Made by a program: the position numbers and the translations under genes
From: Eledone cirrhosa
Lineage: Eukaryota
Assembly (NCBI GenBank): GCA_964016885.1
Contig: OZ024763.1
Span: 10,416,001 to 10,480,000, forward strand
Reading direction: 5' to 3'
Length of the DNA: 64,000 nucleotides
Notes under the pieces: generated by a model
Databases searched by the model: none
What the model was told of the DNA's origin: nothing
What the model saw: only the letters and a program-made list of their open reading frames with translations
In this document: positions 26,181 through 38,644 of the stretch, piece by piece
How the letters are laid out: every line of letters starts with the position of its first letter
Position numbering within the stretch: the stretch's first letter is position 1

Positions 26181-26573
26181 TACAATGATATTAAATAAAT
26201 GGAAACTATATTTATAAAACCATATTTATTCTATTATATATATTTCAAGGGTACCAAAATCTTTGGTACGCTTACATCAAATAAAATACAAAGAGTGTTT
26301 TATAAATACCCAAGTAATATTCAACTGATAAGGTATGTTTTTCTTGGCTATGTCAAAATTTATAAAACACTCTTGTATTTTATTTGATGAAAGCGTACCA
26401 AAGTTTTTGGTACCCTTGAAATATATATAATAGAATAAATATGGTTTTATAAATATAGTTTCCATTTATTTAATATCATTGAATATTTACTCTAGTAAAC
26501 TGTCGAGTGCTCTGAATCAGTTATAAACATTTAAATTTGTTGAATTTCCAACAAATTAAATATCCCTTCTACT
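26181..26573. mobile_element. Fold-back PLE-like non-coding insertion with one-sided tail
   Basis: ~125-bp inverted arms 26181-26306 and 26358-26481, followed by a unique tail; TA flanks. Confidence 0.75.
26378..26435 (+). ncRNA. Minimal hammerhead motif (UUGAUGA variant); core-mutated inverted copy at 26229-26286
   Basis: ttttat-TTGATGA-aag.gtacca..tggtac.ctt-GAAAT-atat-ATA-atagaa. Confidence 0.72.
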
Positions 26574-26630
26574 TATATATATATTTATATATATATTTAT
26601 ACATTTATTTCTCTCTCTCTCTCTCTCTCT

Positions 26631-26674
<44 letters not shown>

Positions 26675-26921
26675 GGGGGGGGGGTCCCGTAACTCCTGAT
26701 GCAGTCGTAAGGGGTGATGCATTGACCTACGGTGTTTCTTGGGCATTTTCAAGCCTGGTGGAAGCTATCGCTCTCCAGGTCCGAATACAGCAGATTTATT
26801 CCACCGAAAGATAGAAAGTGAGAGAGAGGGGAAGTGAGAAAGAGATAGAGAGGAAGAATCCACCCCACGACTAGACTGGTACTATTTTATCGACCTCGAA
26901 AGGATGAAAGGCCAAGATATA

Positions 26922-26958
<37 letters not shown>

Positions 26959-27769
26959 GGTCAAAGGGAGTTAACTCATGCAAGAATAAATTTAACGAGC
27001 TACAAAGATGTATATACGTATGTATATCTCATGTCGCTGTTTAGCGCTACTGTCAACATGTAACCTAGTACAACCTAGTTGGGTCGTCAGGGTCAAAACA
27101 GGCAACCCCATCATACTGGCTTGGTGAGGAGAGTGACTTTTGGACCCCATGCAGGATGGAAAGCAAAACCTGTCACAGGACCGTGGAACTCAATAGAGTC
27201 AACGGCCATCCAATAAAGTATGTACATATGTATATATATCTTTATATATTTTTATATGCATTTATTTTTATAAATACATTTTAATTTTCCTTTTCCCATC
27301 TTTTTTTCTTTTTTTAAACTTTTAAACTATGTGTGTGTGTGTGTGCACGCGCGCGCAGCGTGCGTATGCATGACTGTGTGTGTGTGTGTGTGTATTATGC
27401 CCAAGGGAGACTACTCTTCATGGCTCTGGTCACCTAATTCCTGGATGACTGGATGACTACCTTCACGTGGTGCCCTTGTTTCAAACAAAATGTTATTTAG
27501 AGCTCAAGTAAGGGACGGCATATTCCCTGGGCCATGTCCAAGGCGACAGTTTACTGGTACTCTATTATGTGAGGGATATCATTAGGTGAGGAGGAAACTG
27601 TGTTAAACCTGCGGTGGAAGCAACTCCCAGTCATCTTACTTCGGCATGTCACTGGACATTAGTAGCAGATACTCGTAGAGTATCTGCTACTAAAGTCGTC
27701 GTACTGCTACTACTCGTGTAGTAAAAATGTTTGTCCCCCCCCCCTTACATACACAGACACTCTCACATC

Positions 27770-27800
<31 letters not shown>

Positions 27801-28012
27801 AGCTCGTTTGTATGTATATATATTGCTATTTTATAATTATTATATATATATATATATAGCTCGTTTGTATGTATATATGAATATATATATATATGTATAT
27901 ATATATATGTGTGTATAAACTTTTGTATATATATGTATGTAAATATTTGTATATATATATATGTGTGTGCACATATTTTTGTATGCGTATATATATATAT
28001 ATATATATAAAT

Positions 28013-28059
28013 ATTCCTGATGATTTCTAAAGAATGAAACAGTTCTAGTCCTGTAGAAT
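28013..28059 (+). ncRNA. Type I hammerhead motif
   Basis: attc-CTGATGA-tttctaaagaat-GAAACAG-ttctagtc-CTGTA-gaat, embedded in TA repeats. Confidence 0.72.
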
Positions 28060-28143
28060 CTCATCTATATTAAAACTTTTATACTCTGCAATGTATTGAG
28101 TACCTTACTTACTGTGGTTACCTCCGATTCAACCCGGAATAAC

Positions 28144-28193
<50 letters not shown>

Positions 28194-28628
28194 CAATGTG
28201 ACTAAATCCCTTATTGTATACATAGAGATGTCTCTTACAGCTTTCTTTATATCTCTCGTTTTGTTTGTGAAGTCCTGTAGCGATAGAGAAGTGGTGACAT
28301 GTGCAGAAGCATATAGCCACAACTCTGCACACAGGCAGCTTGAATTTCATCTTAACATACTTGTTGTGTCTTCATTTGACAGGGACCACTTCTGTGGAAA
28401 CTCTTGCATCTGGGCACTCCTATTTCAGGAGAACACTGCTCGCCCAGATTCTTGGAAAAATGCTAGAAAAGGTGTACTAAAAATTGTCTGTCATACAAAC
28501 TCTGGTTTGTTTACTGCAGCTAATGAGGTTCACTGAAGCAGGAACAAGAATAATACAAAACATAAAATATCAGCAAAAGATCAAAAGAAATTCTGTTGTT
28601 GGAAAGTTAGAATCTTCCTGGACAGAAG

Positions 28629-29812
28629 CCTCTCTGGACAGCCTAGAACTGCACTTGGGACAAAGTTAGCCTCTCTGGACAGCCTAGAACTGTACTTGTG
28701 ACAAAGTTAGCCTCTCTGGACAGCCTAGAACTGCACTTGTGACAAAGTTAGCCTCTCTGGACAGCCTAGAACTGCACTTGGGACAAAGTTAGCCTCTCTG
28801 GACAGCCTAGAACTGCACTTGTGACAAAGTTAGCCTCTCTGGACAGCCTAGAACTGCACTTGTGACAAAGTTAGCCTCTCTGGACAGCCTAGAACTGCAC
28901 TTGTGACAAAGTTAGCCTCTCTGGACAGCCTAGAACTGTACTTGGGACAAAGTTAGCCTCTCTGGACAGCCTAGAACTGCACTTGTGACAAAGTTAGCCT
29001 CTCTGGACAGCCTAGAACTGCACTTGTGACAAAGTTAGCCTCTCTGGACAGCCTAGAACTGCACTTGTGACAAAGTTAGCCTCTCTGGACAGCCTAGAAC
29101 TGTACTTGTGACAAAGTTAGCCTCTCTGGACAGCCTAGAACTGCACTTGTGACAAAGTTAGCCTCTCTGGACTGCCTAGAACTGCACTTGTGACAAAGTT
29201 AGCCTCTCTGGACTGCCTAGAACTGCACTTGTGACAAAGTTAGCCTCTCTGGACAGCCTAGAACTGCACTTGGGACAAAGTTAGCCTCTCTGGACAGCCT
29301 AGAACTGTACTTGTGACAAAGTTAGCCTCTCTGGACAGCCTAGAACTGCACTTGTGACAAAGTTAGCCTCTCTGGACTGCCTAGAACTGCACTTGTAACA
29401 AAGTTAGCCTCTCTGGACAGCCTAGAACTGCACTTGTGACAAAGTTAGCCTCTCTGGACAGCCTAGAACTGCACTTGTGACAAAGTTAGCCTCTCTGGAC
29501 AGCCTAGAACTGCACTTGTGACAAAGTTAGCCTCTCTGGACAGCCTAGAACTGCACTTGTGACAAAGTTAGCCTCTCTGGACAGCCTAGAACTGTACTTG
29601 TGACAAAGTTAGCCTCTCTGGACAGCCTAGAACTGCACTTGTGACAAAGTTAGCCTCTCTGGACAGCCTAGAACTGCACTTGGGACAAAGTTAGCCTCTC
29701 TGGACAGCCTAGAACTGCACTTGTGACAAAGTTAGCCTCTCTGGACAGCCTAGAACTGTACTTGTGACAAAGTTAGCCTCTCTGGACAGCCTAGAACTGC
29801 ACTTGTGACAAA
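28629..29812. repeat. 41-bp minisatellite, ~29 copies
   Basis: Unit cctctctggacagcctagaactgcacttgtgacaaagttag. Confidence 0.97.
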
Positions 29813-29814
29813 AG

Positions 29815-31250
29815 AACTTTAAAGATGGAACATAGACATAGCAGCTTTGACAAAAACACATTTGGCAGGAGAAGATCAATTAACTGAAGTATCATTATGT
29901 TTCTCTCTTTTTGGAGGTAGGTAAACCCAAATCTAAAGGAGAGAGGGTAGTGTTAGCTTTACATCCCTGCTCAACTGTATGGAATGTCCTCCTGGTGTAA
30001 CCAATCACATTATGAAGCTTTGTATTCCTCTGATGGCCATCATGTAATACTCTTATCTATCTATGTGCCAACCTTGATTCTTTCTATGAGTCTCTTCATG
30101 CTGACATTGTATCCACATCTGTCAGTGATAACTTATTGTTTCTTGGTGATTTTAATGCTCGTGCGGGTAGAGACCATGAGACGTGGGGCGCACTTGGTCC
30201 ATTTGATATTGGTAAAATGAATACCAGTGGCCTGAGGTTGCTTGAATTCTACTCAGAACTCAACTTAACCATCTGCAACACTCTTTTCCATCAAAAGCTC
30301 AAACATAAAGCTATTTGGTTCACTCAAGATCCAATCATGGTCACATGATTGATTATATTATCACTTATAAATGAGATCTAAGTGACATGTGTATGGTGCA
30401 TTTGCTGCATAGTGCAGAATGTGGTACTGACCAGAAATTAGTGCGAGTATCTGTAAAAAGATTCATAAGGGTAAAGTGAAAGCACTGAAACACATTAATG
30501 TCACCAAACTGAAGCAAGTAGATGTATGTGTAACCTTAACTGAAAGGCTTAATAGTCTTGACATTGATGGCATCTGAGAAAACTTGAGAGGTTTATTCAG
30601 TGGGAACTGGGGTACTTGGTTTCAGTGGAAACTGGGGTACTTGGTTTCAGTGGGGGCTGAGGTACTTGGTTTCAGTGGGAACTGAGGTACTTGGTTTCAG
30701 TGGGAACTGGGGTACTTGGTTTCAGTGGAGGCTGAGGTACTTGGTTTCAGTGGGAACTGGGGTACTTGGTTTCAGTGGGAACTGGGGTACTTGGTTTCAG
30801 AAACAAGAAACACCAACTGGTTTGATGACAACGATCCTAATGTCAATCAGCTACTGAGAACCAAGCACACATGTCATGAAAAGCTCTTGAATCAGAATCC
30901 TGTAGAACAAATTGTTGAGAAAACCTACAAAGATTAAGTCGACCCTGCAACGTGAAATACACAGGATGAAAAATGGTTGCTGGAGAAATGTCTCTTCAGA
31001 AATTGGCTTTTAATATTCAAAGTCATTTTACTCATTGATGTGTCTTTGGCACACAAACATCTTCAGTAACCTCTCCGAGGTCTAAAAACGACATCAATAC
31101 CATCAAAGAGCCATAACAAATCCTTCATTATTAGGAAGAACACTTTACACCTGTTGACAGTTGATTTTGGAGTTATAGCGAGCCTTCTTCAATGTGAAAT
31201 AGTGCGCTATATAGATTAACTTTCTGCTATCAAAGTAAACAAAAACTGGC
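29815..31250 (+). mobile_element. Old RTE (BovB-like) LINE APE/linker fragment
   Basis: FLGDFNARAG..GKMNTSGLRLLEF..LTICNTLF; WFDDND. Confidence 0.8.
30596..30800. repeat. 25-bp tandem repeat, ~8 copies, within the LINE fragment
   Basis: Unit ttcagtgggaactggggtacttggt. Confidence 0.92.
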
Positions 31251-31294
31251 AATCAAACAGTGAAACTGCTGAAAGTTGGAAGTGATAATGTAAT

Positions 31295-31985
31295 GGAAGT
31301 GATATGCAGAAAAGGAACTGGCATAAATTCTATAAAATGCACACAATGCAGATCCTGGGTACACAAGAGATGTAGTGGGATAGCAGGCAAACTAACAGGT
31401 AGGGAGAAATATGTATGCAGTAGATGTACAGGGAAATTAGACAGTAGAAGTCGCATTGATAGACACATTTTTCAAATGCAGGCGGGCGCTATAGAAGTGG
31501 TGGATAGCTTCCGGTACCTAGGAGATCAGATTAGCATGGGAGGAGGGTGTTCCGAGGCCATAGTATCTAGAATAAGGACGGGTTGGAAGAAGTTTAGGGA
31601 GCTGCTTCCTCTGCTGACGAAGAAGGGTTTCTCCCTGCGTACGAAAGGCCGGTTGTATGATGCTTGTGTGAGGAGCGCGATGCAGCATGGTAGTGAGACA
31701 TGGGCAGCAACTGCAGAGGATATGCAACGGCTGGAGAGAAATGAGGCAAGCATGCTCCGTTGGATGTGCAGTGTAAATGTGCGTGAACGACCCAGCATGA
31801 ATATGTTGAGAGAGAAACTGTGTCTGAGAGGGATAGAATGTAGTGTACAGGAGAGGAGACTGAGGTGGTATGGACATGTGATGCACATGGAGGATGACCG
31901 ATGGGTGAAGAAGTGCCAGGAAATGCCAGTTGAAGGAAGACGTGGTAGAGGTAGACCATGAAAAACATGGGCGGAGGTGATAATG
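31295..31985 (+). mobile_element. RTE LINE 3' coding fragment (well preserved)
   Basis: CTQCRSWVHKRCSG, FRYLGD, GWKKFRELLPLL, GSETW, RRLRWYGHV, GRRGRGRP. Confidence 0.92.
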
Positions 31986-32125
31986 GGTTTTTAAACCCGA
32001 AAATATTTGGGATCGTTAAATTTGCTGAGGTAAGATTCTTTTGTTATCTTAGCAATTTAATGTTCTTCCTAACGCATTGTTTTGGTTTTCAAAATTATTT
32101 AAATATATATATGTGTGTGTATATA

Positions 32126-32185
<60 letters not shown>

Positions 32186-33304
32186 TTCTGTTGTGAGATG
32201 GGTTCTGTTGTGAGATGGCCTGTCCCTCCTCATGGTGGAGCCATCCAGTCCCACACCATAAATCTGGTTGCTGTTAGGAACAGCAACCAGCTGTAAAATA
32301 CCTGGCCAAATTTACAAACCTCGCTGAAGTAAGGTGCAACAAGGCCAGACTTGCCTCCCGGTGTGGATGAGTCGTCTAACCCATGCAAGCTTGGAAGAAT
32401 TGACACTAAACAGAAATGGTGATGATGATATATATATATAAAGCAGTTATGTTTTCTATTAACAGAAATATTGTGATGACTTGTCAGGACACAGGCGTAG
32501 AGCCCTACTGATGGAGGCACAGTTCCCCTACCATTGACCTGATCATAAGTTCCTAGGTTAACAAGTACCAAAAACTGAGACAACTGTTTATAGGTTCCCT
32601 TTTCACCACAATCACCATTTTTGCTTCCCAAATTGATCTTTGCATAATCCTACATGGGAGGCTGCCAGATACTATGCCTTGCCAAAGGGCAGCTTGGGGT
32701 TTGGTCCAGGGCTACTTATTCAATATATTCACAGCTAGCCTTCATATCTGAAGGTTGTTCCTCTATCTACCACCTGAGGACCTGATGTTTTGGGAGTTAT
32801 CTTCTCCACAAACACTAATTTATTTAAGCAAATAAATCGCTCTACGACTCACACCTTCACCTTTCTGACATCATATGGTATAGGAGGCTCACATTAGCTG
32901 GGCATGTGAAACATCACAATGAACCTGCTGGCAGGGTTCTTTTCTGGAAACCTGATGTGTGCAGATCAGTTGGGAGACCAACTACCACCCTAAGGATGTT
33001 CTTGAAGATGTCACTGGGTTGGAAGCAGGGGAATTCAGATGGCAATGTTGGACAGTTTAAATAAATGTATGCATATATATATATATATGGATCAAAAGGA
33101 GTTAACCAATGCATGAGTAAATTTGATGAAAAATAACGATATATATATGCATATGTATATATATATATATAAGTGTGTACATATATATATATGCATATGT
33201 ATATATATATATATGTGAGTGTGTACATATATATATGCATATATATATATATATGTGAGTGTGTACATATATATATGCATATATATATATATATATATAT
33301 ATAT

Positions 33305-33417
33305 AACGAAGGAAATGTGGTAAGGAACCAGGTGGACCATAACGCACCAAAGTACTCAATACTTGAGGTAGTAGAGTGGGTAATAGGAACCAGTAAGACC
33401 CCGGGGTCTTACTGGTT

Positions 33418-33422
<5 letters not shown>
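33305..33422 (-). mobile_element. Minimal PLE remnant: tail plus perfect 40-bp palindrome
   Basis: ataggaaccagtaagacccc|ggggtcttactggttcctat; same family as 37521-39876. Confidence 0.85.
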
Positions 33423-33464
<42 letters not shown>

Positions 33465-33510
33465 AAGTTAAATAAAAAGTCAAATGTTTAAAATTTAGCT
33501 TTGTTTACTG

Positions 33511-33563
33511 CTGCTATATATATTTCAGTGACAGCCATCTTTGGCTGTGACCTCTTCAGGCAG
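33511..33563 (-). ncRNA. Minimal type I hammerhead motif
   Basis: Minus strand ctgc-CTGAAGA-ggtcacagcca-aaga-tggctgtcact-GAAAT-atat-ATA-gcag. Confidence 0.77.
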
Positions 33564-33996
33564 TCCGAATTAGTGTGGTATTGACAAGTACATATGTTGT
33601 TGAGGTGTATAATTTTGTCAATACTCTGATATGTCCAGTTCCTGGTTGGGTCGTTATTTCACTGAGGAACTGGAATCAACCCTCAAAATCTATCTATCTA
33701 TATATATATATATACACATATATAGTGTACTGAATTTTTTATATCAAAAGTTACCAGAGCACTCAGTCTGAGGATGAGTTGTAATATACAAAATTAGGTT
33801 AAATTCACATTTTCATCTATTGTTTTGCTGTGAGATTAATTCTGCACCTCAACAAAATATGAGTTCAACGACCGAACAATGGAACATCTTAAGACGGTTT
33901 CATTCCATGAAATCACGCTTTAATACAAGGGCCATTTTTTCAATCACTGCCCTCATGTGCTGAAATACATTCTACATAATTTGAAGAACCCTAGTG

Positions 33997-34179
33997 CAGG
34001 CATGTCAAACTGAGGGGCCTCTGAGGTCCACATGGGTCACACATGTGTTGTCTGAGGGCCACACATTACAACTAATTTCTTTTTATTTTATATTACAAAG
34101 ATAAAACATGCTCCATCGTAAAAACCTCTGTGCGGGCCGCAGGTGTGCTTGTAAAGGGACCGCATGTTTTACATGCCTG
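33997..34179. mobile_element. hAT-type MITE
   Basis: TIRs caggcatgtcaaac / gttttacatgcctg; 8-bp TSD ccctagtg / ccctagag. Confidence 0.8.
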
Positions 34180-34383
34180 CCCTAGAGAACACCAGGGCAG
34201 CCACTATCTACAAACCTTGCACTCTGAGCTTATCCCCCACCCCTCATTGCAAAACTTTCACCTCTATAAATTCTTTTTAACACACTAAATAAAAAAAAGC
34301 AAAAAAAGAGCACTCCTTTGAAGCCCCAATTTCTATAGCATCTATCTTTAAGTTAAATACCTTGCTATAACGTCACAACTTAA

Positions 34384-34575
34384 ATAATTGTTTCTACTTT
34401 TGGGACAAGGCCAGCAATTACCCAGTGCATTACTGGTACTTTATTTTATCGACCCCGTAAGGATGAAAGGCAAAGTTAACCTCGGCGGGATTTGAACTCA
34501 GACCACAAAGGGCCGGAACTCTTTGCTGCAAAGCATGGCGTCCGACCCTCTACCGATACTGCCAATCCACTGCCT
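34384..34575 (-). mobile_element. SINE family A copy
   Basis: Similarity to 4052-4237. Confidence 0.9.
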
Positions 34576-34867
34576 TAAATAATGCATTCTATAACCATAA
34601 AGTACTGCCAATCCATTCTATAACCATAAAGTACTGCCAATCCATTCTATAACCATAAAGTACTTCTAATTTCTATAAGCCTAAATAAGAGTTATCCCCC
34701 CTTATTTAACTGGTAACCAAATACCACAACTCACCTTCCATAAGAACACTATAGTTGAATACATATCTTGTCGACATACATTTCATTTCAGGACGGTGAA
34801 AATAATCCCACAGCAAAACGCAGCATTCAACAGATGAAATATGAAGTTAACCTAATTTTGTATATAT

Positions 34868-35838
34868 ATATGAAATATTGAGTTATAAACTCGAAATAGT
34901 CTTTTATAGCTCAAAGAAGGGAATATTTCTGAGCCGTGTAATACAAATGAATATATGAGGGATGAATATCTATACAATTATAGAAGTGTTCAGATTGTAA
35001 ATGACCAAGTTAGCTAGGTTGAAACAATACTAATTTAACATATGGTTTGCTTGTCTCGATTTAAAATAATAAATCAATAAAAATAACAAACCTATATTGG
35101 CAATGGCCGTGATACCTGGACAAATTCTAAATCTGTTTGACAAATTTTAAATTTGTTTTGCAACAATTAAGTGAAAGTTACTATTCCTGTGCTCTTCTGC
35201 AGGTAACCAGAAATTGGTACCTTCCACTTCAAAATACTTAAGAAGACTGAGAAACATGTGTTGTTGAACGCACATGTGTCCCAGCACCTAACTCGTCTCA
35301 TATCCGTGCCGCTAAAAATAGCAGTCGGTTTTATGGGACTAAAAATTAGCTCAACGCATGGAGCCGTCAATATGAAATATTGAGTTATAAACTCGAAATA
35401 GTCTTTTACAATTAAATAGCTTAAAGAAGGGAATATTTCTGGGCCCTGTTTTTTAGTCCCATAAAACCGACTGCTATTTTTAGCGGCACGGATATGAGAC
35501 GAGTTAGGCGCTGGGACACACGTGCGTTCAACAACACATGTTTCTCAGTCTTCTTAAGTATTTTGAAGTGGAAGGTACCAATTTCTGGATACCTGCAGAA
35601 GAGCACAGGAATAGTAACTTTCACTTAATTGTTGCGAAACAGATTTAAAATTTGTCCAGGTATCACAGCCATTGCCAATATAGGTTTGTTATTTTTATTG
35701 ATTTATTATTTTAAATCGAGACAGGCAAACCATATTATGTTAAATTAGTATTTTTTCAACCTAGCTAACTTGGTCATTTGCAATCTGAACACTTCTATAA
35801 TTGTATAGATGTTCATCCCTTATATATTCATTTGTATA
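34868..35838. repeat. Terminally redundant ~500-bp unit plus ~390-bp inverted copy
   Basis: 34868-34939 repeated at 35370-35449; 34940-35345 inverted at 35449-35838. Confidence 0.85.
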
Positions 35839-36089
35839 AATATATATATTAATTTCATTAAAATAACAGGAGACCAGACTGGTATTATTCCTTTAAAGTT
35901 ATATTGTTGCAAAAAACACTATATATATATATTTATATTTCAATGGCCTGGCGACATCATCAGGAGCGGATTGCATAATTAGTTAAACAATAAAGGAATT
36001 ACGGCAAACACAAACAGAAAATAGAGAAAATAGTTGATTTGGAGATGGCCAGCAAAATAGGTGTAGACCAAAATTGCTGCAGACCACCT

Positions 36090-36532
36090 CCATCATCATC
36101 ATCATTGCTTTTACGTCCATTTTTCCATGCTGGCATGGGTTGGATGGGTTCTTTTCAGCACAGCATTCTTTGTTATCTCCTCGGTGAGTCTTAGCTATTT
36201 GAGGTCAGCTCTCATCATCTCTGCCCAGGTCTTTCTTGGGCTACCTCTACTGCAGCTTCCATCCACTGGCATTTCAGTACCAACACAGTCTTCTCTCCTG
36301 CACATCACCTCGAATTCTTCTTAAACCCAGCTTCTTCCTCAGCTCATCCAAGCTCTGCCTTTCTCTCACATCTACATTGCATATCCAATGAAGCATGGCT
36401 GCTTCATTTCTCTCCAGTCTACGCATGTTTTCTGCAGTCACTGCCCATATTTCACTAACATGCAGCATCGCACTTCACACACAGACATCATACAGTCATC
36501 CTTTTGTATGGAGGGAGAAACCTTTTGTTGTT
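36090..36532 (-). mobile_element. RTE LINE 3' end fragment with (GAT)n tail
   Basis: MRRLERNEAAMLHWIC..RRLCWY. Confidence 0.85.
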
Positions 36533-36736
36533 ACATATCATCATCATCATCATCATCACCGTTTTACGTCTGTTCTTCCACGCTAGCATGGGCTAGATGA
36601 GTTGTCCTGTTGTGAGCAGTGTCCGGTCGGCTGACCTTGTCTTGCTCCTACGGAAACTGATTCTGGCTTGATTTCTACAGCTGGATGCCCTTCTTAACAC
36701 CAACCTCATTTACAGTGAGTGCTGGGTGCTTTTTCC

Positions 36737-36777
<41 letters not shown>

Positions 36778-37612
36778 AACTGCCACTTCTTTACAGGAGA
36801 GAGCCATTCCTTCAAATTTCTCCTGCTATTATGAACCACTGCCAATCACAGGCTTCTGGCCAGTTTGATGACTGAACAGACTTTGTTTAGGTCACCTTTC
36901 CTTGACCCTTCCCATGTGGTATGGTTGAGCAGTACATCCCTACAAAAGCTGCTCAGATGCTCAAGACTCTGCCGAATCATGTTGCTGTTCAGTTTACAGT
37001 GCAGCAACTTTAGGATAAGACTTGAGCCACCCACATGTAGATTTGTGACTATGTGCTTCTAACTAGTCGTGTCAGCACACATTGCCATTCCTCCACCGCT
37101 GTCGGACTTGTGAAGAAATATCTCCACATAAAGATGACAATGCTATGTGCTTGTGATAGCACCAAGTCCATCCCTGCAGCTATGTGTCTACTGACAGAAC
37201 AGTTATGAGGATCGCATGTGTTATTGTTATGGAGTTTAATCTCTACAGGGGTCTAGCTGTACTCACCATGCTTGGCTAATTGCAGGCTGGTGAGGATATT
37301 TAACCCAGTTATATATATATATCTATACATATATAGATATAGATATATATAGATATTGTTATACTTGGGGAGAGTCATATTTGTGTAATATTGCCAGAAT
37401 TAATAATTCTGGCAATATTACACAAATATGACCCTCCCCAAGTATAACAATATTTGTTTCGACACACGATTTCATATCAAAAACCTCGCAAAACTATATA
37501 TATATATATATATATATATAGGAACGAGTAGGACCCCGACGGCTGAGCTCAAGCCGTTTCGACGCCTAATTCTGGACTAAATGAACATTTTTATCCTGGT
37601 AAATGAATAGCC

Positions 37613-38644
37613 CTACAAACGTCCCTAACCCGAGTAAACTTCCTGGATGTTACCCTTGACCTCGATAATGATCTGTACTACCCATACAGGAAACCAAACG
37701 ATAACCTGCACTACATCCACCGCCGGTCAAACCATCCTAGAAACATCACCAATAACCTGGTTAAAAACATCTCCCTCCACATATCTTGTTTGTCCGCTAA
37801 TGAGCAGATATTCGATGAACATGCGCCTTATTACAACCAGGCCCTCAGGCAGAGTGGCTTCTGGGAGGAAATATCCTACTGTCCAGCTTCCATTAGCGAA
37901 ACAAGCAGGCGACACCGCCGCTCACGCAACGTAACATGGTTCAATCCTCCCCACAATGCCGAGGTGACAACTCCTATCGGGAAAATCTTCTTTAGGCTCA
38001 TCGAAAAACACTTCCCACTACAACACCGCTACCACAACATAATCAACAAAAATACCATCAAACTCTCCTACAGCACCACACCTAACTTTGCACAAAACAT
38101 CGTCTCCTCTAACAACAAAAAACTCAACCCCTATGGAAGAAATAACCTAGATAGGAGTGGAGAGCCGACCAGGTGTAACTGTCCTGTTGGATCCATTTGC
38201 CCCCTCGACAACAAATGCAGAGATCGTAATGTGATCTACCAGTGCAATGTGAGGACGGACACCTCCAACAAAGCTTATATTGGATTAACCGCTTGTGACT
38301 TCAAGACCCGGCTATACCAACACAGACATACTTTCCGAAACTTGGCCCGGCGTCACGCCACTACACTTTCGGGCCACATCTGGGACCTTAAAGATAACAA
38401 TATTACCTATGATCTCACTTGGAGCTTACTGTCCAGAGCCAACTCTTACACGGGAGGACGCCGTCCGTGTAACTTATGCTTGGAGGAAAAATTACAAATG
38501 CTGTTTTCGACGGACCAACTCCTAAACAAGAAAGACGAACTGGTAACTGCATGCAAACACAGATTGCGTAGGACTTACCTCGCCCTCAAACCCCATAATG
38601 ACCCCGGGGGGGGGGCTGTAACACCCCACTTGCGGACTTTGTAA
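37613..38644 (+). CDS. PLE polyprotein C-terminal part (RT thumb plus GIY-YIG endonuclease), probably Nematis-type; no start codon (truncated)
   Basis: VNFLDVTLDL..PYRKPN..YIH..SNHP; WFNPP..KHFP..KLSYS; CNC..CPL..C; VIY..YIGLT..FKTR..H; CNLCLEEK..LLNKKDE; uninterrupted frame. Confidence 0.9.
   Translation, partial: LQTSLTRVNFLDVTLDLDNDLYYPYRKPNDNLHYIHRRSNHPRNITNNLVKNISLHISCLSANEQIFDEHAPYYNQALRQSGFWEEISYCPASISETSRRHRRSRNVTWFNPPHNAEVTTPIGKIFFRLIEKHFPLQHRYHNIINKNTIKLSYSTTPNFAQNIVSSNNKKLNPYGRNNLDRSGEPTRCNCPVGSICPLDNKCRDRNVIYQCNVRTDTSNKAYIGLTACDFKTRLYQHRHTFRNLARRHATTLSGHIWDLKDNNITYDLTWSLLSRANSYTGGRRPCNLCLEEKLQMLFSTDQLLNKKDELVTACKHRLRRTYLALKPHNDPGGGAVTPHLRTL

Noticed and set aside
28629-29812. Possible CRISPR array (also the 54-, 48- and 41-bp arrays)
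   Set aside because: Head-to-tail identical units with no unique spacers, no cas genes, and eukaryotic context.
33765-33815. CTGAGGA-containing segment as a hammerhead (also 57800-57850)
   Set aside because: GAAA and stems too degenerate to support.
37613-38644. Naiad/Chlamys-type or selenoprotein PLE; bacterial homing endonuclease
   Set aside because: GIY-YIG is C-terminal to the RT thumb, no in-frame TGA is seen, and pLTR architecture indicates a canonical PLE.
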